Shown piece by piece: positions 41,710-52,351 of a DNA stretch of 64,000 nucleotides (the first letter of the stretch is position 1; each line of letters opens with the position of its first letter). Both the position numbers and the translations under genes were made by a program. Source of the DNA: Prevotella sp. (GTDB lineage Bacteria > Bacteroidota > Bacteroidia > Bacteroidales > Bacteroidaceae); assembly GCA_052272805.1 (NCBI GenBank), contig DAVZJL010000003.1, positions 9,762-73,761 on the forward strand, written 5' to 3'. Under the pieces are notes generated by a model that was not told the origin of the DNA, did not search any database, and saw only the letters and a program-made list of their open reading frames with translations.

Positions 41710-43713
41710 ATGACTTTTTCAGAAGAGATACGCTTGGGCATACCCGACTTCCTTCCAGAGCCGATGCCCTACGACCCGAATATAAATCATGCGCCGAAGC
41801 GCAAGGAGATACTGAACCACGAGGAGAAGCAGTTGGCACTGCGCAACGCTCTGCGCTACTTCCCGAAACAGTTGCACGCACAATTGGCACCGGAGTTCAT
41901 CGCCGAACTCGACACATACGGACGTATCTATATGTACCGCTATCGCCCTACATACGATATGTACGCACGTCCCATCGACGAGTATCCGCACCGCTCCGAG
42001 CAGGCTGCTGCCATCATGCTTATGATTCAGAACAACCTGAACCCCGAAGTGGCTCAGCATCCGCACGAACTCATCATCTACGGAGGCAACGGCGCCATCT
42101 TCCAGAACTGGGCGCAGTATCGTCTAACGATGAAATACCTAAGCGAGATGACCGACGAGCAGACACTCGTGATGTACTCGGGTCATCCGCTCGGACTCTT
42201 CCCGTCGCACCCGAACGCTCCGCGCGTGGTGGTGACGAACGGAATGGTGATACCCAACTACTCGAAGCCCGATGACTGGGAGCGCATGAACGCTCTCGGC
42301 GTGAGCCAGTACGGACAGATGACTGCTGGATCGTATATGTACATCGGACCGCAGGGCATCGTGCACGGCACTACCATCACCGTGCTGAACGCGGCGCGCA
42401 AGCAGCGCAGCGAGAAGGGCGGACCGCAGGACATTCGCGGTATGCTGTTCGTTTCGTCGGGTCTGGGTGGCATGTCTGGCGCTCAGCCTAAGGCTGGCAA
42501 CATCGCTGGCGTGGTGAGCGTGGTGGCAGAGATAAACCCGCTGGCTGCGAAGAAACGCTACGACCAGGGCTGGGTGGACGAGCTGCACGACAATCTCGAC
42601 GAACTCATACCTGCCATAAAGCGCAGCGTGGAGGAGAAGCGCACGGTGTCGATGGCTTACGTGGGCAACGTGGTCGACCTGTGGGAACGTCTCGCCGACG
42701 AGGGCGTACACGTGGACATAGGCAGCGACCAGACCTCGCTCCACAACCCGTGGGCAGGCGGCTACTATCCTGCCGACCTCACGCTCGAGGAGTCGAAGAC
42801 GATGATGGCTGAGAACCCCGACGAGTTCCGCAAGCATGTGCAGGCGTCGCTGTGCCGCCAGGTGGCTGCCATCAATCGCCTCGCCGCCAACGGCATGTAC
42901 TTCTTCGACTACGGCAACGCATTCCTCCTGCAGTCGAAGCGCGCAGGTGCCGACATCTGCAAAGCCGACGGCAAGTTCCGCTATCCGTCGTACGTGCAGG
43001 ACATCATGGGACCGATGTTCTTCGACTACGGATTCGGTCCGTTCCGCTGGGTATGCACATCGGGCGACCCTGCCGACTTGGCTAAATCGGACGAGATTGC
43101 GGCACGTGTATTGGAGGAGATTATGCAGAACTCGCCGGACGAGATAAAAGGACAGATGGCTGACAACATCCACTGGATTGTGGAGGCTGGCAGAAACCAG
43201 CTCGTGGTGGGCTCGCAGGCTCGCATCCTCTACGCCGACGCAGAAGGTCGCGCCAAGATTGCATTAGCGTTCAACGAGGCAATACGCAAGGGCGAGATAA
43301 CCCGACCCATCGTACTCGGACGCGACCATCATGACGTGTCGGGCACCGACTCGCCGTTCCGCGAGACAAGCAACATATACGACGGTTCGCAGTTCTGCGC
43401 CGACATGGCTGTGCAGAACGTCATCGGCGACTCGTTCCGCGGTGCTACATGGGTGTCGCTGCACAACGGCGGCGGCGTAGGCTGGGGCGAAGTGATAAAC
43501 GGCGGCTTCGGCATGGTGATAGACGGCAGCGCGGACAGCGACCGACACATCAGCGAGATGCTGTTCTGGGACGTGAACAACGGCATCGCTCGCCGTGCTT
43601 GGGCACGCAACGAGGGTTCTATTCACAGCATAGAGCGCGAGATGCAGCGGTCGCACGGACTGCAGGTTACGATGCCGAGCATCGTCGACGACGACATCAT
43701 CAATCTAATATAG
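41710..43713 (+). CDS. hutU: Urocanate hydratase (long form)
   Basis: Motifs QYGQMTAGSYMYIGPQGIVHGT, GLGGMSGAQP, DQTSLHN, GRDHHD and HNGGGVGWG. Confidence 0.96.
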   Translation: MTFSEEIRLGIPDFLPEPMPYDPNINHAPKRKEILNHEEKQLALRNALRYFPKQLHAQLAPEFIAELDTYGRIYMYRYRPTYDMYARPIDEYPHRSEQAAAIMLMIQNNLNPEVAQHPHELIIYGGNGAIFQNWAQYRLTMKYLSEMTDEQTLVMYSGHPLGLFPSHPNAPRVVVTNGMVIPNYSKPDDWERMNALGVSQYGQMTAGSYMYIGPQGIVHGTTITVLNAARKQRSEKGGPQDIRGMLFVSSGLGGMSGAQPKAGNIAGVVSVVAEINPLAAKKRYDQGWVDELHDNLDELIPAIKRSVEEKRTVSMAYVGNVVDLWERLADEGVHVDIGSDQTSLHNPWAGGYYPADLTLEESKTMMAENPDEFRKHVQASLCRQVAAINRLAANGMYFFDYGNAFLLQSKRAGADICKADGKFRYPSYVQDIMGPMFFDYGFGPFRWVCTSGDPADLAKSDEIAARVLEEIMQNSPDEIKGQMADNIHWIVEAGRNQLVVGSQARILYADAEGRAKIALAFNEAIRKGEITRPIVLGRDHHDVSGTDSPFRETSNIYDGSQFCADMAVQNVIGDSFRGATWVSLHNGGGVGWGEVINGGFGMVIDGSADSDRHISEMLFWDVNNGIARRAWARNEGSIHSIEREMQRSHGLQVTMPSIVDDDIINLI

Positions 43714-43719
43714 TAATAT

Positions 43720-43900
43720 CAGGGGGTGCACTTGTCTCCGCTCGGCTTTGCCGCTTGCCAGAGCAAGAAGTGCACCAACCAAGAAGAATAGGGATATATT
43801 AGGGGGTGCACTTGTCTCAAGTGCACCAACCAAGAAGATTAGGGATATCAAGGGGGTGCACCCCCTGAGACAAGTGCACCCCCTGAGACAAGTGCCCCTT
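43720..43900. repeat. Cluster of GGTGCACTTG-N3-CAAGTGCACC palindromes
   Basis: Several full and partial copies; the CCGCTCGGCTTTGCCGCTTGCCA segment also occurs reversed near 51402-51440. Confidence 0.85.
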
Positions 43901-43923
43901 CTTAACAACTAAAAACAACGACA

Positions 43924-45402
43924 ATGAAAAAACATCAGATTTCAGCCGAACATCTGTCAATCGAACGCATTGGCGAAGTGGTGTATGGCGGCTATAAGAT
44001 AGAACTGAGCGACGACGCGCAGAAGCGCATCGTGGAGTGTAGAGAGTATCTCGACCGAAAGATTGCGGAGACTACCACACCGATATATGGTGTGACGACG
44101 GGCTTTGGCTCGCTCTGCAACGTGAGCATCGGTGCCGACGACTTGGCGCAGCTGCAGATTAACCTTATGATGTCGCACGCTTGCGGCACGGGCGACCGTG
44201 TGCCTAACGACATCGTGAAGATGATGCTACTCTTGAAGATACAGTCGCTGAGCTACGGCTTCTCGGGCTGTCAGCTCGTAACCGTGAACCGTCTCATCGA
44301 CTTCTTCAACAACGACGTATATCCTGTTGTATATATGCAGGGCTCACTCGGCGCATCGGGCGACCTCGTGCCGCTGGCTCATCTCACGCTTCCGCTCGTT
44401 GGTCTTGGCGAAGTGGAGGTCGACGGCAAGGTTATCAGCGGCGCAGAGATGCTGCAAAAGTTCAACTGGCAGCCTATCCAGCTCGCCTCGAAAGAGGGTC
44501 TGGCGTTGCTCAACGGCACGCAGAACATGGGCGCGTTCGCGGTTTGGGCACTGCTGCAGTCGCACCGCCTCAGCGATTGGGCTGACAAGATTGCGGCTAT
44601 GTCGCTCGACGCCTACTACGGACTCACCGCACCGTTCACCGATGCTGTGCATCAGGTGCGTCCGCACAAGGGACAGATTGTCACGGCGGCTCGCATGAGA
44701 GAGCTGCTCGCTGGCAGCGAGATTGTAGAGAAACCGAAGTCGTACGTGCAGGATCCGTATTCGTTCAGATGCATCCCGCAGGTTCACGGCACGGTGAAGG
44801 ACACCATCGCGTACGTCGACTCTGTGATAGACGTGGAGGTGAACTCGGCAACTGACAACCCGACCGTTTGTCCTGCTGACGACCTCATCATCTCTGCCGG
44901 CAACTTCCACGGCGAACCGATTGCCATGCCGATGGACTTCCTCTCGATAGCCATGTGCGAGCTCTCGAACATCTCCGAACGCCGCATCTACAAGCTCATC
45001 AGCGGCACACGCGGTCTGCCGAGCTTCCTCGTAGCAAGCCCGGGTCTGAACAGTGGCTTCATGATTCCGCAGTACACAGCAGCTTCGGTGGTGAGCCTCA
45101 ACAAATCGCTCGCCACACCGTCGTCGGTAGACAGCATCCCGTCGAGCCAGGGGCAGGAAGACCATGTAAGCATGGGTGCCAACGCCGCCATCAAACTATA
45201 TAAGGTGGTGCTCAACACGGAGCGCGTGCTTGCCATCGAACTCTTCAACGCGGCTCAGGCTCTTGAGTTCCGTCGTCCGTTGAAGTCGTCGCCGGCTGTT
45301 GAAGCTATCTTCGAGGAATACCGCAAAGTGGTGCCGTTCATCGTGCGCGACGAAGTAATGTATCCGCACATTGCTAACTCAATCGAATTCTTACGCAAGT
45401 AA
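43924..45402 (+). CDS. hutH: Histidine ammonia-lyase
   Basis: Motifs YGVTTGFG, GSLGASGDL (MIO-forming ASG), QDPYSFRC and QEDHVSMG. Confidence 0.96.
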   Translation: MKKHQISAEHLSIERIGEVVYGGYKIELSDDAQKRIVECREYLDRKIAETTTPIYGVTTGFGSLCNVSIGADDLAQLQINLMMSHACGTGDRVPNDIVKMMLLLKIQSLSYGFSGCQLVTVNRLIDFFNNDVYPVVYMQGSLGASGDLVPLAHLTLPLVGLGEVEVDGKVISGAEMLQKFNWQPIQLASKEGLALLNGTQNMGAFAVWALLQSHRLSDWADKIAAMSLDAYYGLTAPFTDAVHQVRPHKGQIVTAARMRELLAGSEIVEKPKSYVQDPYSFRCIPQVHGTVKDTIAYVDSVIDVEVNSATDNPTVCPADDLIISAGNFHGEPIAMPMDFLSIAMCELSNISERRIYKLISGTRGLPSFLVASPGLNSGFMIPQYTAASVVSLNKSLATPSSVDSIPSSQGQEDHVSMGANAAIKLYKVVLNTERVLAIELFNAAQALEFRRPLKSSPAVEAIFEEYRKVVPFIVRDEVMYPHIANSIEFLRK

Positions 45403-45409
45403 CTTTATA

Positions 45410-45540
45410 GTTGAGAATTGAGAGTTGAAAGTTGAGAGTTATGATATGTTTTGATATTGAACCATTTGCTTGGTTTTAAAGGTAATCACAACTCTCAACT
45501 TTCAACTCTCAATTCTCAATTTATAACAACTCTCAACATA
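45410..45540. repeat. Inverted heptamer array (GTTGAGA)n/(TCTCAAC)n
   Basis: Occupies most of the hutH-hutI gap. Confidence 0.75.
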
Positions 45541-45550
45541 ATAATAAAAA

Positions 45551-46783
45551 ATGAGAACCCTATTCAAAAATATAAAAACTCTCGCTGGCATCGAGCACGC
45601 TCCGAAACTGCGCTTGCAGGGCAAGGAGATGTCTGCGTTCAACACTATCGACGACGCGTGGCTGACCGTTGAGGACGGTCGCTTCGCTGCGTTCGGTAGT
45701 GTTGCCGACGATATGCCGACGGACACCTTCGACGAGACCATCGACGCGGAAGGCGGAATGGTGCTGCCATCGTGGTGCGACTCGCATACGCACATCGTCT
45801 TCGCAGGCAGCAGAGAGCGCGAGTTCGTCGACAAGATTAACGGACTGAGCTACGAGGAGATAGCGCGGCGCGGAGGTGGCATCCTCAACTCTGCCGACTT
45901 GCTGCACAACACTTCGGAGGACGAACTGTTCCGCCAGGCTATGCAGCGACTCGACGAGGTGATACGCAAGGGAACGGGCTGCATAGAGATAAAGAGTGGC
46001 TACGGACTGAACCTCGAGGACGAGCTGAAGATGCTGCGCGTCATACAGCGCATGAAGGAGGCATCGCCGGCGAAGATTGTTTCTACGTTCCTCGGAGCGC
46101 ACGCCGTGGCTCGCGGCATGACGCAAAGCGACTACGTGAAGCTCATCATCGACGAGATGATACCCGAAGTGGGTCGCCAGCACCTCGCCGACTTCATCGA
46201 CGTGTTCTGCGACCGCGGCTTCTTCACGCCAGAGGAGACGGCGCGTATGCTTGAGGCGGCTGCCGCATGGGGTATGCGCCCGAAGATTCATGCCGACGAA
46301 CTGGCTTCGTCGGGCGGTGTGGAGATTGGAGTGAAGCACGGCGCATTGTCGGTCGACCACCTGGAGAGCATGACCGAGGAGGAGATTGATATTCTGCGCG
46401 GTAGCGAGACGATGCCGACCGTGTTGCCCGGCACATCGTTCTTCCTGAACATGCCTTACGGCAAGGGGCGCAAGATGATTGACGCAGGCTTGGGCATAGC
46501 CGTAGCGAGCGATTACAACCCTGGTTCAACGCCGTCGGGCGACATGAAGTTCGTGGTATCATTGGCTTGCATCAAGATGCGACTGCAGCCCAACGAGGCA
46601 CTCAACGCCGCAACGATAAACGGTGCCTACGCTATAGGCGAGAGCCACGACTACGGAAGCATCGCGAAGGGCAAGGTTGCCAACTTCTTCATCACCACCC
46701 CACTGCCGTCTGTCGACTTCATCCCGTATGCTTACACCACGCCGATTATTAAGAAGGTAGTGCTCGGAGGAAAAGAGTTTTGA
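45551..46783 (+). CDS. hutI: Imidazolonepropionase
   Basis: Motifs DSHTH, EIKSGYGL, HADE, SVDHLE and SDYNPG. Confidence 0.95.
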   Translation: MRTLFKNIKTLAGIEHAPKLRLQGKEMSAFNTIDDAWLTVEDGRFAAFGSVADDMPTDTFDETIDAEGGMVLPSWCDSHTHIVFAGSREREFVDKINGLSYEEIARRGGGILNSADLLHNTSEDELFRQAMQRLDEVIRKGTGCIEIKSGYGLNLEDELKMLRVIQRMKEASPAKIVSTFLGAHAVARGMTQSDYVKLIIDEMIPEVGRQHLADFIDVFCDRGFFTPEETARMLEAAAAWGMRPKIHADELASSGGVEIGVKHGALSVDHLESMTEEEIDILRGSETMPTVLPGTSFFLNMPYGKGRKMIDAGLGIAVASDYNPGSTPSGDMKFVVSLACIKMRLQPNEALNAATINGAYAIGESHDYGSIAKGKVANFFITTPLPSVDFIPYAYTTPIIKKVVLGGKEF

Positions 46784-46970
46784 ATTGTGAATTTTGAGTT
46801 TTGAATTATGCGCTACGCGCATTTTGAATTAATGAGTTGAGAGTTATTAATTCAAAATTAAATAATTCAAAATCGGCGTAGCCGACAATTCAAAATTAAA
46901 TAATTCAAAATCGGCGTAGCCGACAATTCAAAACTCAAAATTCAAAATTCAAAATTCAAAATTCAAAATT
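46779..46970. repeat. Inverted heptamer array with duplicated TCGGCGTAGCCGA hairpin
   Basis: 38-bp direct duplication at 46849-46886 and 46887-46924. Confidence 0.85.
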
Positions 46971-47038
46971 GTGAGTTTTTTTGCGTAACTTTGTAGTCAT
47001 TATATTACAAAGCATTCAATAAAAATCGCAACAGCACG

Positions 47039-50000
47039 ATGGAAGACTTCATACACCTGCACGTACACACCTACTATTCCATTCTCGACGGACAGTCGCC
47101 CGTGGAAAAGCTTGTCGACAAAGCCGTGGCTAACGGTATGCGCGGCATGGCTATCACCGACCACGGCAATATGTTCGGCGTGAAAGAGTTGTACAACTAT
47201 TGCAACAAGATAAACGGCAAGCTGAAGGAACAGGGCAAGGAGCCGTTCAAGCCTATCTTCGGTTGCGAGATGTACGTGGCACGCCGCACCAAAGCCGATC
47301 GTGTGAAGGAGAAAGGCGACGCTGGCGGTTATCACCTCATCGTGCTTGCGAAGAACTACAACGGCTATAAAAACCTCATCAAACTCGTGTCGCGTGCTTG
47401 GGTGGACGGCTTCTACTCGAAGCCGCGTACCGACAGAGCCGACCTCGAGAAGTATCACGAGGACCTCATCGTCTGCTCGGCATGTATCGCCGGTGAGGTG
47501 CCGGCGAAGATACTCAAGGGCGACATACCAGGGGCACGCGAAGCGATAGAATGGTATAAGCGAGTGTTCGGTGACGACTACTACTTGGAGCTTCAGCGCC
47601 ACGAGGTGAAGGACCCGAACCAACGCGCCAACCGCGAGACATTCCCGCTGCAGCAGCGTGCCAACAAGGAGCTGATAAAGCTCGCTAAGGAGTATGGCAT
47701 AAAGGTGGTCTGCACCAACGACTGCCACTTCGTCGACCAGGAGAACGCCGAAGCTCACGACCACCTGCTCTGTCTATCTACCGGCAAGGAGCTGAACGAC
47801 CCCACGCGTATGCTCTACTCTAAGCAGGAGTGGTTCAAGACACGCGAGGAGATGAACGAGATATTCGCCGATGTGCCCGAAGCCCTCTCGAACACGCTCG
47901 AGATATTAGATAAGGTGGAGACCTACTCCATCGATCACTCGCCTATCATGCCGTTCTTCCCCATCCCCGAGGAGTTCGGTACGGAGGAAGAGACACGCAA
48001 ACGCATATCGCCCGAGGAGCTATTCCGCGAGTTCACCACCGACGAAAACGGCAAAGAGATAATGTCGCATGAGGAGGCAGAGAAGAAGATCAAGAAGCTC
48101 GGCGGCATCGACAAGCTATACCGCATCAAGTTCGAGGCAGACTATCTTGCGAAGCTTGCCTACGACGGAGCAAAGCGTCTCTACGGCGAACCGCTCTCCG
48201 AGGAGGTGTACGAGCGCATCAAGTTCGAGCTGCACATCATGAAGACCATGGGATTTCCTGGCTACTTCCTCATCGTGCAGGACTTTATCAACTCGGCTGA
48301 GGACGAGCTGGGCGTGATGGTGGGTCCGGGTCGTGGCTCGGCTGCCGGCTCGGTTGTGGCTTACTGCTTGGGCATCACGAAGATAGACCCTATCAAGTAC
48401 GACCTGCTTTTCGAACGTTTCCTCAACCCCGACCGTATCTCTCTCCCCGATATCGATACCGACTTCGACGACGACGGACGCGGCAAGGTGCTCGAGTGGG
48501 TGGAGGACAAGTACGGTCACGACAAGGTGGCGCACATCATCACCTACGGCACGATGGCTACGAAGAACTCTATCAAGGACGTGGCGCGTGTGGAGAAACT
48601 GCCGCTCGACATATCCAACCGCCTCTGCAAGGCTATCCCCGACAAGCTGCCCGACGGCTTGAAGATGAACCTCACCAACGCCATCAAGTGCGTGCCGGAG
48701 CTGCGCGAAGCCGAAGCGAGTGCCAACCCACAGATGGCAAACACCATAAAGTACGCGAAGATGCTCGAGGGCACCGTGCGCGGTACGGGCATACACGCCT
48801 GCGGCACCATCATCTGCCGCGATGCCATCAGCGACTGGGTGCCGGTGTCTACAGCTGAAGACAAGAGCGACCCGGGACATAAGCTGCTCGCCACACAATA
48901 CGACGGACACGTCATCGAGGAGACCGGACTCATCAAGATGGACTTCCTCGGACTCTCCACACTGTCCATCATGAAGGAGACTGTGGAGAACATACGCCTC
49001 ACCCACGACGGCTTCACGCTCGACCTCGATAAAATCCCTATCGACGACGAACTCACATACAAACTCTACCAGGAGGGGCGCACAATCGGCACGTTCCAGT
49101 TCGAGTCGGCAGGTATGCAGAAGTATCTGCGCGAGCTGCGCCCCACGGTGTTCGAAGACCTCATCGCCATGAACGCCCTCTACCGACCGGGACCTATGGA
49201 CTACATCCCGTCGTTCATTGCCCGCAAGAACGGCAAGGAGCCAATCACATACGACATCCCCTGCATGGAGAAGTATCTGAAGGACACCTACGGCATCACG
49301 GTCTACCAGGAGCAAGTGATGCTCCTCTCGCGCCAGCTTGCCGACTTCACTCGTGGCGAGTCCGACGCTCTACGTAAGGCGATGGGTAAGAAGAAGAAGG
49401 CCATCGTTGATGCTATGAAGCCAAAGTTCATCGAGGGCGGAAAGAAGAATGGACACGACCCGAAGGTGCTCGAGAAGATCTGGGGCGACTGGGAGAAGTT
49501 CGCATCCTACGCCTTCAACAAGTCGCACGCCACGTGCTACTCGTGGGTAGCTTACCAGACGGCATATCTCAAGGCGCACTACCCTGCCGAGTTCATGGCG
49601 GGCAATATGAGCCGATGCCTTAACGACATCACGAAGATTACGAAGCTCATGTCCGAGTGCCAAGCGATGAACATCCCCTGCCTCGGTCCCGACGTGAACG
49701 AGTCGGAGCAGAAGTTCTCCGCCAACAAGAAAGGAGAAGTGCGCTTCGGACTCTCCGCCATCAAGGGTATGGGCGAGGCAGCAGCCATCAACATCATCGC
49801 CGAGCGACATAAGAACGGACAATACAAAGACATCTTCGACTTCGTGCAGCGTGTCAATCTCTCCGCCGTCAACCGCAAGGCAATGGAGTCGCTCGCACTG
49901 AGCGGCGGCTTCGACTCGTTCGGCATACGCCGCGAACAGTACTTCGCCCCCAACGCCAAGGGCGACACCTTCGTCGAGACACTCCTGCGCTATGGTCAGG

Positions 50001-50767
50001 TGTACCAGTCGGAACAGTCGTCGATGCAGAACTCGCTGTTCGGCGACATGGGAGGCGTAGAGATACAGACACCGCCCGTGCCCGAGTGCGAAGCATGGAG
50101 CACCATGGAGCTGCTGAAGCGCGAGCGCGAACTCGTCGGCATCTACCTCTCGGCACACCCCCTCGACGACTACGCCGTCGTGCTCAACCATATGTGCAAC
50201 CTCCACTGTCCACAGATAGGCCGCGAGATGGACAAGAAGGCGTTCGCCTCAATCGAAGAACTCACCTTCGGTGGCATCGTCACCTCCGTTTCACAACGCT
50301 GGACAAAGACCAACAAGCCGTTCGGCATCGTCACCATCGAAGACTTCGAGGGACAAGGCGAGCTGGCACTCTTTGGAGAAGACTGGACAAAATGGCAGTC
50401 CATGCTGCAGGAGGAATACCACGTCTACATCACGGCGCAGTGCGTGCAGCGCTTCCGCAACAACCCCGATGCCTACGACATGGTAATAAAGAAAATAGAG
50501 TTCCTCAGCGACGTAAAGGAGAAATCGATAGAGAAGTTTACGGTGTACATGGATGCCATGATGTTCAACGACGCACAGCTCACCGATCTGGAGACAACAC
50601 TGAAGAACTCCACCGGCAACGTACCGCTCTACATCAACATCCACGATGCCAAGAACAACACCAACATACAGCTCTACAGCCGTAACATCACCGTCGACGT
50701 GAACAAGAAACTGCTCACCTCGCTCGACGAAATGGCAGATTTGGGCGTACGCTATGGCATCAACTGA
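47039..50767 (+). CDS. dnaE: DNA polymerase III alpha subunit
   Basis: PHP motifs HLHVHT and TDHGN; GPGRGSAAGS, PDIDTDF and YAFNKSH; OB domain; TAACTTTG box at 46986-46993. Confidence 0.97.
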   Translation: MEDFIHLHVHTYYSILDGQSPVEKLVDKAVANGMRGMAITDHGNMFGVKELYNYCNKINGKLKEQGKEPFKPIFGCEMYVARRTKADRVKEKGDAGGYHLIVLAKNYNGYKNLIKLVSRAWVDGFYSKPRTDRADLEKYHEDLIVCSACIAGEVPAKILKGDIPGAREAIEWYKRVFGDDYYLELQRHEVKDPNQRANRETFPLQQRANKELIKLAKEYGIKVVCTNDCHFVDQENAEAHDHLLCLSTGKELNDPTRMLYSKQEWFKTREEMNEIFADVPEALSNTLEILDKVETYSIDHSPIMPFFPIPEEFGTEEETRKRISPEELFREFTTDENGKEIMSHEEAEKKIKKLGGIDKLYRIKFEADYLAKLAYDGAKRLYGEPLSEEVYERIKFELHIMKTMGFPGYFLIVQDFINSAEDELGVMVGPGRGSAAGSVVAYCLGITKIDPIKYDLLFERFLNPDRISLPDIDTDFDDDGRGKVLEWVEDKYGHDKVAHIITYGTMATKNSIKDVARVEKLPLDISNRLCKAIPDKLPDGLKMNLTNAIKCVPELREAEASANPQMANTIKYAKMLEGTVRGTGIHACGTIICRDAISDWVPVSTAEDKSDPGHKLLATQYDGHVIEETGLIKMDFLGLSTLSIMKETVENIRLTHDGFTLDLDKIPIDDELTYKLYQEGRTIGTFQFESAGMQKYLRELRPTVFEDLIAMNALYRPGPMDYIPSFIARKNGKEPITYDIPCMEKYLKDTYGITVYQEQVMLLSRQLADFTRGESDALRKAMGKKKKAIVDAMKPKFIEGGKKNGHDPKVLEKIWGDWEKFASYAFNKSHATCYSWVAYQTAYLKAHYPAEFMAGNMSRCLNDITKITKLMSECQAMNIPCLGPDVNESEQKFSANKKGEVRFGLSAIKGMGEAAAINIIAERHKNGQYKDIFDFVQRVNLSAVNRKAMESLALSGGFDSFGIRREQYFAPNAKGDTFVETLLRYGQVYQSEQSSMQNSLFGDMGGVEIQTPPVPECEAWSTMELLKRERELVGIYLSAHPLDDYAVVLNHMCNLHCPQIGREMDKKAFASIEELTFGGIVTSVSQRWTKTNKPFGIVTIEDFEGQGELALFGEDWTKWQSMLQEEYHVYITAQCVQRFRNNPDAYDMVIKKIEFLSDVKEKSIEKFTVYMDAMMFNDAQLTDLETTLKNSTGNVPLYINIHDAKNNTNIQLYSRNITVDVNKKLLTSLDEMADLGVRYGIN

Positions 50768-50807
50768 CCAATAAATAAGCACATTGGCACAGATTTTGAT
50801 ATTTAAT

Positions 50808-50843
50808 CATTATCTTTGCAACGCATTATCTTTGCAACGCATT
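50808..50843 (+). promoter_or_regulatory. Tandemly duplicated -7 promoter box for trxA
   Basis: CATTATCTTTGCAACG twice, each copy containing TATCTTTG. Confidence 0.6.
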
Positions 50844-50888
50844 GACTTTAAATAAAGAATAATCACAAACAAATAAACGAATACAACT

Positions 50889-51203
50889 ATGGAAGTAACA
50901 ATCACAACAGAGAACATCGAACAGTACAGAACTGGCGAACTGCCATTGGTAGTAGACCTTTGGGCTACATGGTGCGGCCCGTGTCGCATGATTGCTCCTA
51001 TCGTTTCCAAGCTCGCAGAGGAGTACGACGGCAAGATCGTTGTAGGCAAGTGCGACGTAGAGGAGAACGACGACGTAGCAGCAGAGTACCGTGTACGCAA
51101 CATCCCGACACTGCTCTTCTTCAAGGGCGGCGAGCTCGTTGGCAAGCATGTAGGTGCCATCACAGAAGGCGATCTTCGCAAGAAGTTCGACGAACTCCTG
51201 TAA
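50889..51203 (+). CDS. trxA: Thioredoxin
   Basis: WCGPC active site and RNIPT; 104 aa. Confidence 0.95.
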   Translation: MEVTITTENIEQYRTGELPLVVDLWATWCGPCRMIAPIVSKLAEEYDGKIVVGKCDVEENDDVAAEYRVRNIPTLLFFKGGELVGKHVGAITEGDLRKKFDELL

Positions 51204-51206
51204 TCT

Positions 51207-51445
51207 CAGGAGCACTTTAGGGGGTGCACTTGTCCCAGGAGCACTTTAGGGGGTGCACTTGTCCCAAGTGCACCAACCAAGTAGGAGTATTTTCCTGGAT
51301 TGGTGCACTTGTCCCAAGTGCACCAACCAAGTAGGAGTATTTTCCTGGATTGGTACAATTGTCCCAAGTGCACCAACCAAGCAGGTGTATTTTCCTTGAT
51401 TGGTGCACTTCTTGCTTTGGCAAGCGGCAAAGCCGAGCGGATACA
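51207..51445. repeat. Tandem 50-bp units built on the GGTGCACTTGTCCCAAGTGCACC palindrome
   Basis: Three to four units with near-identical linkers AACCAAGTAGGAGTATTTTCCTGGATT. Confidence 0.85.
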
Positions 51446-51462
51446 ACCGCACCTCCTATAAC

Positions 51463-51502
51463 AAAACGCCGAAGCAACCCGCCGGGTTGTTTCGGCGTTT
51501 TT
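51463..51502 (+). terminator. Terminator after trxA
   Basis: AAAACGCCGAAGCAACCC-GCC-GGGTTGTTTCGGCGTTTTT. Confidence 0.75.
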
Positions 51503-51526
51503 GTTTTCCATAAAAGCAACAAAAAG

Positions 51527-51558
51527 TTTGTCACTTCCATAAAAAAGCGGTAACTTTG
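51527..51558 (+). promoter_or_regulatory. Promoter for psd-pssA
   Basis: TTTG, 20-nt spacer, TAACTTTG. Confidence 0.65.
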
Positions 51559-51654
51559 CACAGAATATATGTATCCGTACAATGGCTGTGTACGTGCATA
51601 CGATTTTACGACAACCGATTATCAACAACTAATTTACACATACCGAACCAAACA

Positions 51655-52347
51655 ATGATCAAAAAGATAAAGAAACTAAAGAAAATACGCCTTCACCGCG
51701 AAGGAACCGACACACTCGTTTATGGCTTCATCGTTATCGCAGCAATCGCGTTGCTGCTTTGGCGTTTCATAGACAGCAAGGTGCCGTTTTGGTGCTTCAC
51801 CGTGGTCATGGGTACCGTCTACTGCATCGTCATCAACTTCTTCCGCTGCCCCATACGCTTCTTTCCCGAAGAAGACACAACGGGCTTGGTAGTAGCTCCA
51901 GCCGATGGCCGCGTAGTAGTAATCGAAGAAGTCGACGAGGATGTCTACTTCCACGAGCGTCGCATCATGGTCAGCATCTTCATGAGCCTCTTCAACGTAC
52001 ACGCCAACTGGTTCCCCGTTGACGGCAAAGTGAAGACCGTAGCCCACCACGACGGCAACTTCCACAAGGCATGGCTGCCTAAAGCGAGCGAGGAGAACGA
52101 GCACGCCGATGTAGTCATCACCACCCCCGAAGGCACCGACATCCTCTGCCGCCAGATAGCAGGAGCCGTAGCACGACGTATCGTCACCTACGCCAAGCAA
52201 GGCGAAGACTGCTACATCGACGAGCACCTTGGCTTCATCAAGTTCGGCTCACGCGTCGATGTCTACCTGCCCCTCGGCACCGAAATCTGCGTCAAGATGG
52301 GACAGCAGACCACTGGCAACGGAACAATAATAGCAAAACTGAAATAA
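51655..52347 (+). CDS. psd: Phosphatidylserine decarboxylase proenzyme
   Basis: Motifs [25 protein letters not shown] and IKFGSRVD (self-cleavage site). Confidence 0.93.
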   Translation: MIKKIKKLKKIRLHREGTDTLVYGFIVIAAIALLLWRFIDSKVPFWCFTVVMGTVYCIVINFFRCPIRFFPEEDTTGLVVAPADGRVVVIEEVDEDVYFHERRIMVSIFMSLFNVHANWFPVDGKVKTVAHHDGNFHKAWLPKASEENEHADVVITTPEGTDILCRQIAGAVARRIVTYAKQGEDCYIDEHLGFIKFGSRVDVYLPLGTEICVKMGQQTTGNGTIIAKLK

Positions 52348-52351
52348 AGTA

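Noticed and set aside
47960..48140. Possible intein or unusual insert in DnaE
   Set aside because: Short helical insert with no C/S...HN splice motifs or LAGLIDADG motif; likely a lineage-specific loop.
51207..51445. CRISPR-like array of palindromic repeats
   Set aside because: The intervening sequences are near-identical rather than unique spacers; no cas genes; the same palindrome is dispersed elsewhere.
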